This document shows positions 7,802 through 15,497 of a stretch of DNA of 38,369 bases, piece after piece. The stretch comes from Raoultibacter sp. Its GTDB lineage: Bacteria > Actinomycetota > Coriobacteriia > Coriobacteriales > Eggerthellaceae. Each line of letters opens with the position of its first letter. Position 1 is the first letter of the stretch. A program made the position numbers and the translations under genes. Location of the stretch: contig JAVWGW010000001.1 of the NCBI GenBank assembly GCA_036640375.1, positions 1-38,369 of the forward strand. Direction: 5' to 3'. The notes beneath the pieces were generated by a model. The model saw only the letters and a program-made list of their open reading frames with translations. It ran no database searches and had not been told where the DNA came from.

Positions 7802-9091
7802 ATGACGGTCAAGCTTGGATTGGTAGGAACGGGCACCGTAGGCGGTGGCTGCATCGATATAATCAAGAAGCACAGCGAGGATTTTCGCCGCCATTACGGC
7901 ATCGAAGTTGAACTTGTTGCGGTGTGTTCGCGCAACCCTGAACAGGCGATTGCCCACGATGTGGAAGATATTTTCACGCAGGATTATCGCGATGTGGTAA
8001 GCAACCCCGCCATCGATATCGTCATCGAGCTTATCGGCGGCACCACCATTGCGCGCAGCGTGGTGCTGGAAGCCTTGGCCGCAGGCAAAAATGTGGTCAC
8101 GGCCAATAAAGCGCTGATGGCCACGTATGGCGAAGAAGTGATGCAGGCCGCGGCTAACGCGGGTAAGGAAATCGCGTTTGAAGCCAGTGTGGGCGGCGGC
8201 ATTCCCATCATTGACCCGCTGAAACACTCGCTTATTGCCAACGAAATTTCGTCGGTTATGGGCATTGTGAACGGAACGACCAACTATATGCTTTCGCGCA
8301 TGGCCGATGATGGCATGAGCTACGATGAAGCGCTTAAAGAAGCGCAGGCCAAGGGCTTTGCCGAAGCCGACCCCACGGCCGATGTCGATGGCTTTGACGC
8401 TGCGGCGAAAATTGCCATTCTGGCATCCATCTGCTTCAATTCGCGCGTAACCTTGGGCGATGTGCCCGCCGAAGGCATTCGCAACATCACGCCAATCGAT
8501 TTGTCTACGGCTGCCGATATGGGTTATTGCGTGAAGTTGCTGGCTCATGCGCACCGCACGCCTGCCGGCATCGATGTGCGCGTGCACCCCACGATGCTGC
8601 CGCTTGCCCATCCGCTCGCAACGGTGAATGGCGTGTTCAACGCCATCTATGCCGTGGGTGATGCCGTGGGCGAAACCATGTTTTTTGGCGAAGGTGCCGG
8701 TTCGGGCCCCGCTGCAAGCGCTGTTATGGGCGATGTGCTGGAAGTGGCGCGTCACATTCAGGCGGGCGTTTCGCCGCTGGTCGGCTGCACCTGCACCGAT
8801 TCGCTGCCGCTTATTCCGATGGAAGATTTGACAACGAAATATTACCTGCGCTTCGTTGTGGCCGACCGATCAGGCGTTTTGGCAGCTACGGCCGAAGTGT
8901 TCGCGCGCCATGGCGTGTCGGTGTATTCCGTGGTGCAGCGCGGCAAAAAAGATGGCGGCGCCGTTGATTTGGTGTATGTGACCCACACCGCCCGCGAAAA
9001 GAATATTCGTGGCGTTTTGGCCGATATTGCCAACTTGGATGGTGTACTTATCGGCAACTGCGAACCTTCCGTCATCCGCGTGCAAGATTGA
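7802..9091 (+). CDS. hom: Homoserine dehydrogenase with C-terminal ACT domain
   Basis: N-terminal NAD-binding GLVGTGTVGGG; catalytic domain ANKALMA, FEASVGGGIPII, GIVNGTTNYML, GFAEADPT.DV.G.DAA.K; C-terminal ACT-like YYLRFVVADRSGVLAATAEVFARHGVSVYSVVQ. RBS AGGAAGGA. Confidence 0.95.
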   Translation: MTVKLGLVGTGTVGGGCIDIIKKHSEDFRRHYGIEVELVAVCSRNPEQAIAHDVEDIFTQDYRDVVSNPAIDIVIELIGGTTIARSVVLEALAAGKNVVTANKALMATYGEEVMQAAANAGKEIAFEASVGGGIPIIDPLKHSLIANEISSVMGIVNGTTNYMLSRMADDGMSYDEALKEAQAKGFAEADPTADVDGFDAAAKIAILASICFNSRVTLGDVPAEGIRNITPIDLSTAADMGYCVKLLAHAHRTPAGIDVRVHPTMLPLAHPLATVNGVFNAIYAVGDAVGETMFFGEGAGSGPAASAVMGDVLEVARHIQAGVSPLVGCTCTDSLPLIPMEDLTTKYYLRFVVADRSGVLAATAEVFARHGVSVYSVVQRGKKDGGAVDLVYVTHTAREKNIRGVLADIANLDGVLIGNCEPSVIRVQD

Positions 9092-9274
9092 TGGTGGCGC
9101 CAGGAGGCCACCTGGAAGCTGCGGTCTGAAGCCATAGCGAGCAGACGTATTACGCTAGCGCGCAGGGCGGCCGCCTAAAAGTGGCCGCCTGGCGATGGCT
9201 TGCTTTCCTGCGGGCGCGCCGTGCTACCATAGGCAGCTGAAAACGAAGAATTTTAGGATGAAAAGAGACTGCCT

Positions 9275-9508
9275 ATGTGCCTCGCTATTCCTGCAAAAAT
9301 AACCGAACTGAATGAAGACCGCCTGGCAACGGTGGATATTTTGGGGGTAACGCGCAGCATTTCCCTCGATTTGACGCCGCAGGCTCAGGTGGGATCCTAT
9401 GTGTTGGTGCATGCCGGCTTTGCCATCGAAGTGGTGGATGAACAGTTTGCCCAAGAGACAATCGATCTGATAAAAAGCTTCCCCGAACTGGTTGAAGAAG
9501 TGGTTTAG
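9275..9508 (+). CDS. hypC: [NiFe]-hydrogenase maturation chaperone HypC/HybG family
   Basis: The 77-aa protein has the invariant N-terminal MCLAIPAKI motif (Cys2), then VDILGVTRSISLDL....VGSYVLVHAGFAIEVVDE. Confidence 0.92.
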   Translation: MCLAIPAKITELNEDRLATVDILGVTRSISLDLTPQAQVGSYVLVHAGFAIEVVDEQFAQETIDLIKSFPELVEEVV

Positions 9509-9510
9509 CC

Positions 9511-10587
9511 ATGGATCTATCGCAGTTCAAAAAGCCCGACCTTGCCCGCGGCCTCATCGATTCGATCGCGCGGCTTGCGCCCGAAGATGCCACGCTTATG
9601 GAAGTGTGCGGCACCCATACCGTGGCCATCGCGCGCAACGGCATCCGCTCGCTTATGCCACCGGGGGTGCATCTGGCTTCCGGGCCGGGGTGTCCGGTGT
9701 GCGTTACTTCCAACCACGATATTGACACGGTTATTGCGCTTGCGCGCGTGCCCGAAGTGATCATTGCCACGTTTGGCGATATGACGCGCGTGCCGGGGTC
9801 CACCTCAAGCTTGCTGCAAGAACAGGCCGCCGGCCGATCCATCGAAATCGTGTATTCGCCGCTTGATGCCCTGCGTCTGGCTCAGGAAAATCCCACGAAA
9901 GAAATTGTGTTTGTGGGGGTGGGTTTTGAAACCACCACGCCGCTGGTGGCTATGGCCATCAAGCGGGCAGCGGCGCTTGACCTGGCCAATTTCACTGTGT
10001 TTGCCGCGCACAAGAACATGCCCGGCGCCCTGGAAGCCATCATCAACGATCCGCGCCTTAAGGTGGATGCCCTTATTTTGCCAGGGCATGTTAGCACCAT
10101 TATCGGCGTTGAGCCCTACCGTTTTTTGGCGGAAAAATACGGCATTGCCGGCGTCATCACCGGGTTTGAGCCCGTCGATGTGTTGCAGGGTATCGCCATG
10201 ATTATGCGTCAGCTGCATGAAGGTCGTGCCGAAATAGAGATTGCCTATGCGCGTGGTGTTATGGCCCAGGGCAATCCGGTGGCGATGGCCGCCATCGAAG
10301 AAGTGTTTGAAACCTGCACGGCCACGTGGCGGGGGCTGGGCGACATCGAGGGTTCGGGCTATCGGATACGCCCCGCCTACCAGCGCTTTGATGCAGTTCG
10401 TCGCTTTGCCCCGGCGGTGGAACCGACGCAGGATCCGAAGGGGTGTCGCTGCGGCGATGTGCTGCGTGGCATCATGGCACCCGATGCGTGCCCGCTGTTT
10501 CGCACGCTGTGTTCGCCGGAAAACCCGGTGGGTCCTTGCATGGTGTCTTCGGAAGGCTCGTGCGCGGCGTATTATCGCTACTACTAA
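9511..10587 (+). CDS. hypD: [NiFe]-hydrogenase maturation protein HypD
   Basis: Motifs: MEVCGTHT, GPGCPVCV, GFETTTP, LPGHVSTIIG, and the C-terminal Cys cluster GCRCGDVLRG....CPLF...C.P..PVGPCMVSSEGSCAAYY. The ATG lies 2 nt after the hypC stop. Confidence 0.95.
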   Translation: MDLSQFKKPDLARGLIDSIARLAPEDATLMEVCGTHTVAIARNGIRSLMPPGVHLASGPGCPVCVTSNHDIDTVIALARVPEVIIATFGDMTRVPGSTSSLLQEQAAGRSIEIVYSPLDALRLAQENPTKEIVFVGVGFETTTPLVAMAIKRAAALDLANFTVFAAHKNMPGALEAIINDPRLKVDALILPGHVSTIIGVEPYRFLAEKYGIAGVITGFEPVDVLQGIAMIMRQLHEGRAEIEIAYARGVMAQGNPVAMAAIEEVFETCTATWRGLGDIEGSGYRIRPAYQRFDAVRRFAPAVEPTQDPKGCRCGDVLRGIMAPDACPLFRTLCSPENPVGPCMVSSEGSCAAYYRYY

Positions 10588-10603
10588 GGTATCCCGGAAC
10601 AAC

Positions 10604-10626
10604 AGGCGCCCAATCAGGCGCTTTTT
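10604..10626 (+). terminator. Intrinsic terminator after hypD
   Basis: The stem pairs aggcgcc (10604-10610) with ggcgctt (10617-10623), 7 bp including one G-U. The loop is caatca, and the stem runs into TTTTT. Confidence 0.5.
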
Positions 10627-10665
10627 GGCGTGCCAGAAATGGTACTAATTTAGTAACATTAACTC

Positions 10666-10693
10666 TTCACATTTGAAGATTTGGTGATAAAAT
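10666..10693 (+). promoter_or_regulatory. cydAB promoter with extended -10
   Basis: TTCACA (10666-10671), a 16-nt spacer, then TGaTAAAAT (TG 10685-10686, hexamer 10688-10693). This leaves about a 105-nt leader before the cydA ATG. Confidence 0.5.
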
Positions 10694-10804
10694 GGAGAAA
10701 AGTTCTCAAAAGGGGAACAACTCTGCACCGAGGGAGCCATCCTTCGCAGGGTGAAAACAATGCACGGTGCCTGCGTGCAGCAACAAGAAAAGGGGGTGTG
10801 GGGG

Positions 10805-12295
10805 ATGGAGCTTTTTGCCGATATTGCTTTTCTATCGCGTCTTCAGTTTGCACTGACGGTGGCTTTCCACTTCATATTCGTGCCGCTTTCTATTGGCTTG
10901 GGTTTGATTCTTGCCATCAACGAAACGCGGTACTACAAATCAAAAAGCCCGGAAGATTCGGCTGCCACGCGCTTTTGGGTGAAGATTTTCACCGCGACAT
11001 TTGTGGTCGGTGTGGCCACAGGCATCACGATGGAATTCTCCTTCGGCACCAACTGGGCCGATTATTCCCGCTTTGTCGGTGACATTTTTGGAGCACCGCT
11101 TGCCGCCGAAGCGCTTTTGGCCTTCTTCTTAGAGTCGGTGTTTTTGGGCGTGCTGGTGTTTGGGCGCAAGCGCGTTTCGCAGAAGTTTTACCTGGTGTCG
11201 GCTTGGCTGGTGTGGTTTGGTTCCTGCCTTTCCGGCCTGTGGATACTCATTGCCAATTCCTGGATGCAGACCCCGGCCGGAGCCGAGCTTGCCGCCGATG
11301 GCAGCAAAGCGGTCATCACCGACTTTTTGGCGGCCGCGTTTAATCCCTCCATTTTGTCGCGCTATTCCCATGTGATTACCGCGCTGCTTATTATGGGCGC
11401 CTTCCTTTCCATCGCCGTCGCGGCGTGGTATTTGAAGAAGGGCAAGCACGCCGATTTCGCCATGAAAACCATGAAAACGGGCGCGGTTGTTGCCCTTATC
11501 ACCACGGGTCTTATGATTTTTTCCGCACACAGTTCTGCCGTGTTGGTTTCTGTGGAACAGCCCACGAAGCTTGCCATGATGGAAGGCCAATACACCAGCG
11601 AGAAAATGCCGCTGTATGCCTTTGGCTGGGTCGATCAGGAAAACCAGAAAGTTATCACGCCCTTTGCCATTCCGGGCGGCACCAGCATGCTTGCTTCGGG
11701 GTCGTTTGATACGGTGTATCCGGGGCTCAATGAACTTGCCGATGGCCAGTATGGCGATGATTTCACACCGGAAACGGTCGCCGATTTGCCGGTCAACTTC
11801 GTGTTCCAAAGCTATCACCTCATGGTGGCCATGTTTGGTCTCATTGCGCTGTGTGTGGCGCTGGCCCTTATCTTCACCTGGCGTGGCGGCAAAATCCGTA
11901 ACATGAAATGGCTGCAAACCCTGCTGCTTGTTTCGCCTATTTTCCCGTTTATCGCTATTCAGACCGGGTGGATTACCGCAGAAGTGGGTCGCCAGCCGTG
12001 GGTTGTGTATCCTTCGACTTCGGGGCCTGAAGGGGTAAGCCTTCTTACCAACGACGCCATTTCGCAATCCGTTTCTGCCCCCGAACTGTGGATTACGATC
12101 GGCTTGTTCGTGCTCGTTTACGCATTCCTGTTCGTTGCGTGGGTGCGCGTGCTTTCCGGCTTTATCAAGCGCGGTCCTGTGTTGGAAGGCCCGGAAGCTG
12201 AACTGGCGGGTGCCACGCCTGCCGACGCATCTGCTGCTGGGGTTAAGGTTGCTGCAAAAACCGACGGTAGCGCTAACGCAAAGGACGGTGAGTAA
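10805..12295 (+). CDS. cydA: Cytochrome bd ubiquinol/menaquinol oxidase subunit I
   Basis: Motifs: MELFADIAFLSRLQFALTVAFHFIFVPLSIGL (canonical CydA N-terminus with the His ligand region) and the GWITAEVGRQPWVVY signature. I moved the start from the track's 10751 to ATG 10805 because AAAAGGGGG lies upstream and the canonical N-terminus starts there. The C-terminus carries a roughly 35-aa Ala/Gly/Asp-rich tail. Confidence 0.93.
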   Translation: MELFADIAFLSRLQFALTVAFHFIFVPLSIGLGLILAINETRYYKSKSPEDSAATRFWVKIFTATFVVGVATGITMEFSFGTNWADYSRFVGDIFGAPLAAEALLAFFLESVFLGVLVFGRKRVSQKFYLVSAWLVWFGSCLSGLWILIANSWMQTPAGAELAADGSKAVITDFLAAAFNPSILSRYSHVITALLIMGAFLSIAVAAWYLKKGKHADFAMKTMKTGAVVALITTGLMIFSAHSSAVLVSVEQPTKLAMMEGQYTSEKMPLYAFGWVDQENQKVITPFAIPGGTSMLASGSFDTVYPGLNELADGQYGDDFTPETVADLPVNFVFQSYHLMVAMFGLIALCVALALIFTWRGGKIRNMKWLQTLLLVSPIFPFIAIQTGWITAEVGRQPWVVYPSTSGPEGVSLLTNDAISQSVSAPELWITIGLFVLVYAFLFVAWVRVLSGFIKRGPVLEGPEAELAGATPADASAAGVKVAAKTDGSANAKDGE

Positions 12296-12297
12296 TC

Positions 12298-13320
12298 ATG
12301 ACGTTTTTCGCCGTATTGTGGTTCATTCTCATTTTTGTTTTGATCGCGGGCTATTTCGTGTTGGACGGCTTTGACCTGGGTGCCGGGGTGCTGTATCCCT
12401 TCGTTGCTAAAAACGATAAGGAAAAGGCCATCGTGCGCCGCAGCGTGGGGCCTGTGTGGGACGGCAACGAAGTGTGGCTGCTCACGGCGGGTGGCGCGCT
12501 GTTCGCCGCGTTCGCGCCGGCTTATGCCACGACGTTTTCCGGCTTCTACCTGGCTATCATGCTGGTGCTGTTCGGCCTGATCGTGCGTGCGGTTTCCCTT
12601 GAATTTCGCGCTCACGACCCGCAATGGGGCCGCGCCTGGGACATATGCTTTTTCGTGGGATCGCTGCTGCCGGCCTTGTTGTTTGGTGTTGCCGTGGGCA
12701 ACATCTATGCGGGCATTCCGATGAACGCCAATGGCGATTACGCGGGTCTTCCGCTGATTGGCCTGATCACACCCTTCACGCTGCTGTGTGGCTTGCTGGG
12801 TTTGAGCATCTTCCTATCGCAGGGCGCCACCTGGATTTCGCTGAAAGCCCCCAAGCCTTCCGCTGTGCGCGACCGTGCGGCCAAGTTGCGCTTGCCCTTG
12901 CAGATTGCGGCCTTGGTGCTGTTCGCGGCCGTTTCGGTGTATGCCCACTTCATCATTCAGCCCACGATGGATCCGGCCTTGGGCGTGCTGCGTTGGTTGT
13001 TCGCCATCCTGTTTGTCGTGGCGCTTGTGGCCAGCATTGTGTTGGTGAAGAAAAAGGATTGCGACTTAGGAGCCTTTTTGGCCAGCTGCGCTTCGGCGGT
13101 GTGCCTGATCGGCCTTTTGGCTTCATCGATGTTCCCCAACCTGGTTGTGGCCACCAGCGGTGAAACCATCACGCTTATGAGCGCGGCATCATCTGAATTG
13201 TCGCTGATGTGGATGACGATTATCACCTGCGTCGGCTTGCCGCTTGTGCTGATTTACCACGTGGTCATCTATCGCACCTTCCGCGGTCGTGTGACGGAAG
13301 AAGATATCGAAGGCTACTAG
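12298..13320 (+). CDS. cydB: Cytochrome bd oxidase subunit II
   Basis: Motifs: [23 protein letters not shown] and [23 protein letters not shown]-type, with about 8 TM helices. The ATG lies 2 nt after the cydA stop and has a GGTGAG RBS. Confidence 0.93.
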   Translation: [340 protein letters not shown]

Positions 13321-13400
13321 CACGCTTGCGTGTGAGTGTGAGCATGCGCCAAGGAAAGCTTTATGGCGCGCGCATGTGTAAAATGTAGGAAGCTTAGAGC

Positions 13401-13447
13401 AAATGAGACACGCCCCGACCTTCGCGTTGGGAAACGGTCTCATTTTT
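13401..13447 (+). terminator. Terminator-like hairpin about 80 nt after cydB
   Basis: A 9-bp stem, aaatgagac (13401-13409) / gtctcattt (13437-13445), encloses a GC-rich, partly self-pairing 27-nt loop. It runs into TTTTTGTTT. Confidence 0.5.
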
Positions 13448-13552
13448 GTTTCTTACTTCAAGCGAGCAGGCCCCCTACGCAGCTTCAAGTGCGCTAGAAT
13501 AGAGCAGCAATCAGCGGTATCCACGGGTGACGCTCCGAAAGGGGGGATCCCA

Positions 13553-13660
13553 ATGGAAATTCTCATGGCGCTTGCAGCAAGCTGCACAATCTTAGCTTTT
13601 TTGCTCGATGTTGCTGAGTTTATCCTGAAAAGGATGACGAAGAATAAAAAAGACCGCTAG
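13553..13660 (+). CDS. 35-aa hydrophobic peptide with basic C-terminal tail (MEILMALAASCTILAFLLDVAEFILKRMTKNKKDR); either toxin-like or a small membrane subunit
   Basis: The ATG at 13553 is preceded by a strong SD (AAAGGGGGG, 7-nt spacing). The peptide has a single predicted TM helix and a Lys/Arg tail. The stop codon sits inside its own terminator hairpin. The region is AT-richer than cydAB. The 85-aa track ORF (13403..) is the same frame extended upstream through the cydB terminator. Confidence 0.55.
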   Translation: MEILMALAASCTILAFLLDVAEFILKRMTKNKKDR

Positions 13661-13680
13661 AGCGGACACTCTAGCGGTTT
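13654..13680 (+). terminator. Intrinsic terminator of the 35-aa peptide gene
   Basis: A 9-bp stem, ccgctagag (13654-13662) / ctctagcgg (13669-13677), with loop cggaca, followed by TTT. The TAG stop (13658-13660) lies in the 5' arm. Confidence 0.6.
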
Positions 13681-13857
13681 AGAATCTCTGCGTCACCTGG
13701 AAACTTTAACAGAACGGGTGCCGCTGATTGCCCTTATTGTAGCAAGATTGCCCACAGGGTTCCACCCCAAACACCCAAAGGCCATAAAACCCGGCCTCGC
13801 TCGCGTGCCCTGGCGAAGGGTTGCCTCCCCGCGCAGCGCACGCCGCGGGGCGTTTAA

Positions 13858-15153
13858 CTATTGGATGCAAAAGGCCGCATAGAGGGGAATGCTTTTGATG
13901 CCGTTTTCATAACCAAAGTTTTTTGTGGAAAGGCGTAGCGCGTATGTGGGCTGGTATTTTTCCCGATAGACACTCAGGCTTTTTGACCGCACGTTATTTG
14001 AGGATTTGACCTCCACAGGAACGGCCGCAGACGCAGTGGTGGCGATAACAAAATCCACCTCCGCTTTTCCTTCGCTTACCCAGTAGCGTGGCACAATCCC
14101 TTTCGCTACCAAAGCCTGGGCCACGTAATTTTCCGTGAGCGCACCCGCATCAATTTTTTTCCAGTCGTCTTGGTTTAACAACATCGCAGCTTTCAATTGC
14201 ATGCTTGCAGAAAGCAAGCCCGTGTCGGCCATATATACTTTGAAGGCGGCTCTGTTTTCCTGCGCCGCAAGGGGGATGTGCCCCGATGTTATCTGAAAAC
14301 ACCGCGTAATAAGACCAGCTGCCGAAAGCCAGGTAAGCGCCGTATCGTATTGAGCTGCGCGTCCGCCGCTGCGCACGGTCTTATATTGGAACTTTTTGTT
14401 CTCTTTCGATAGCTGAGCTGCTACGCTGTGCCAAGCTTCCATAATGCGCGCTGTTTCGTAGGGCTGCGCGTATTTTGCCATATCAGCTACGTACAAATCG
14501 AGAATATTATTTTGCACATCCGCAACTTCTTCGAAATCGCCCGTTTCTGCATAGACACATACGGCTTCCGGCATGCCCCCCACCAAAACATAGGCACGAT
14601 AAAGCTCAAGCGCTCGATCGTGTAAGAAATAAGGCGCATCCGTCGCGTAGCAGTTTTTGATGCCATCCACCAAAGAACCCTGGTCAATCGCAGCTAAAAA
14701 TTCATCAAACGCCATTGGGTGCAGCGTGAGCGCATCCACCTTGCCCACGGGAATAGAATAGCCCTCACGGTTAACGGCCACGCCAAGCAGGCTTCCCGCC
14801 GCAACGACGTAGGCCTCCGGCATGTCTTCGTAAAAGTACTTCAGGGAAGCGAGTGCTCGGTTTGATGCCTGCACTTCATCAAAAACGATAAGCGTATTTG
14901 TGGTGTCGATGGGATGCCCGGCCACCTGGGCTAAATTTGCAAGAATAACCTTAGGCGAAAGATCTCCCGAAAAAGCTGCTCGGGCAGTTGCTTGTTTTTC
15001 CAGATCAAAATACTCAACATGATTAAAGCTGCGTGACCCAAATTCTTTTAGCAAGTATGTTTTGCCCACCTGACGAGCCCCATAGAGAAGTAAAGGCTTG
15101 CGCCGCTTCTTGGTTTTCCAGGCATTGAGCTTGTAAAGCGCGTTTCTATCCAT
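13858..15153 (-). CDS. AAA+ ATPase fused to a C-terminal PD-(D/E)xK-like nuclease-fold domain (AAA_14 + DUF4143-type architecture)
   Basis: Walker A is LLLYGARQVGKTYLL and Walker B is LIVFDEVQ. The C-terminal segment AEVDFVI-x11-VPVEVKSS fits a D...E-x-K nuclease signature. I placed the start at ATG 15153 (MDRNALYKLNAWK...) because AAGGAAGGGG lies upstream. The extra 53 codons in the track ORF look non-coding. Confidence 0.85.
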   Translation of the reverse strand: MDRNALYKLNAWKTKKRRKPLLLYGARQVGKTYLLKEFGSRSFNHVEYFDLEKQATARAAFSGDLSPKVILANLAQVAGHPIDTTNTLIVFDEVQASNRALASLKYFYEDMPEAYVVAAGSLLGVAVNREGYSIPVGKVDALTLHPMAFDEFLAAIDQGSLVDGIKNCYATDAPYFLHDRALELYRAYVLVGGMPEAVCVYAETGDFEEVADVQNNILDLYVADMAKYAQPYETARIMEAWHSVAAQLSKENKKFQYKTVRSGGRAAQYDTALTWLSAAGLITRCFQITSGHIPLAAQENRAAFKVYMADTGLLSASMQLKAAMLLNQDDWKKIDAGALTENYVAQALVAKGIVPRYWVSEGKAEVDFVIATTASAAVPVEVKSSNNVRSKSLSVYREKYQPTYALRLSTKNFGYENGIKSIPLYAAFCIQ

Positions 15154-15232
15154 GGCGGCAACCCCTTCCTTTTGTAGGCTCAGAATAGCTTTATCTTCCG
15201 AAAAATGCAATCGAATACATTTTTTGGAACCT

Positions 15233-15256
15233 AAAAATGTCACACATGACACTTTT
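15233..15256. promoter_or_regulatory. Inverted repeat (candidate operator) upstream of the AAA+ ATPase gene
   Basis: aaaaTGTCAcacaTGACActttt. TGTCA (15238-15242) and TGACA (15247-15251) form a perfect 5-bp inverted repeat separated by 4 nt, with A/T-run extensions. The site lies about 85-100 nt upstream of ATG 15153. Confidence 0.3.
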
Positions 15257-15410
15257 CGGAAGATTGGGCAAGGGCGGGGGTTTCCTCTACCGCAGGTATC
15301 TGGCTTTGACAACCTGCAGGCTGCTGACAGTTTGCCTGCGCTCGTGCAGGTGTGCCAGCAGCGTGTCCCAAAACCGTTCGCGGGGTTTTTGGGAGGGGCG
15401 CGCGCGGCTA

Positions 15411-15419
15411 TGGTATACT
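15411..15419 (+). promoter_or_regulatory. Extended -10 element TGGTATACT upstream of the ABC transporter operon
   Basis: TG at 15411-15412 and TATACT at 15414-15419, about 80 nt upstream of ATG 15498. The same 9-mer recurs upstream of greA. Confidence 0.4.
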
Positions 15420-15497
15420 TTCTCCACGCTTTAGCGCAGTAAAGTCATAAAGTGCGATAGTGTGCTTGTGTCGCAAGAGGGAAGGGATAGTTTTACC

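Noticed and set aside
7418-8755. 445-aa ORF on the minus strand spanning the lysA 3' end and most of hom
   Set aside because: It is antisense to two genes with unambiguous motif-level identity. Its translation is Arg/His/Gly/Ala-rich low complexity with no recognisable domain and no RBS. This is a typical shadow ORF of high-GC DNA. The same reasoning applies to 6440..7141(-), 9805..10602(-), 11129..12067(-), 15408..16310(-), 17886..18695(-), 24697..25200(-), 26028..26768(-) and 36450..37097(-).
10751-10804. Longer cydA start (track ORF begins at 10751)
   Set aside because: The extra 18 residues (MKTMHGACVQQQEKGVWG) precede the canonical CydA N-terminus. The purine-rich SD lies inside them, directly upstream of ATG 10805.
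13403-13660. 85-aa version of the small ORF, and a 45-aa CxxC ORF (ATG 13362) downstream of cydB
   Set aside because: Both run straight through the cydB terminator-like hairpin (13401-13447) and have Arg/Pro-rich, non-protein-like N-terminal parts. Only the internal ATG at 13553 has a strong SD and yields a coherent TM peptide.
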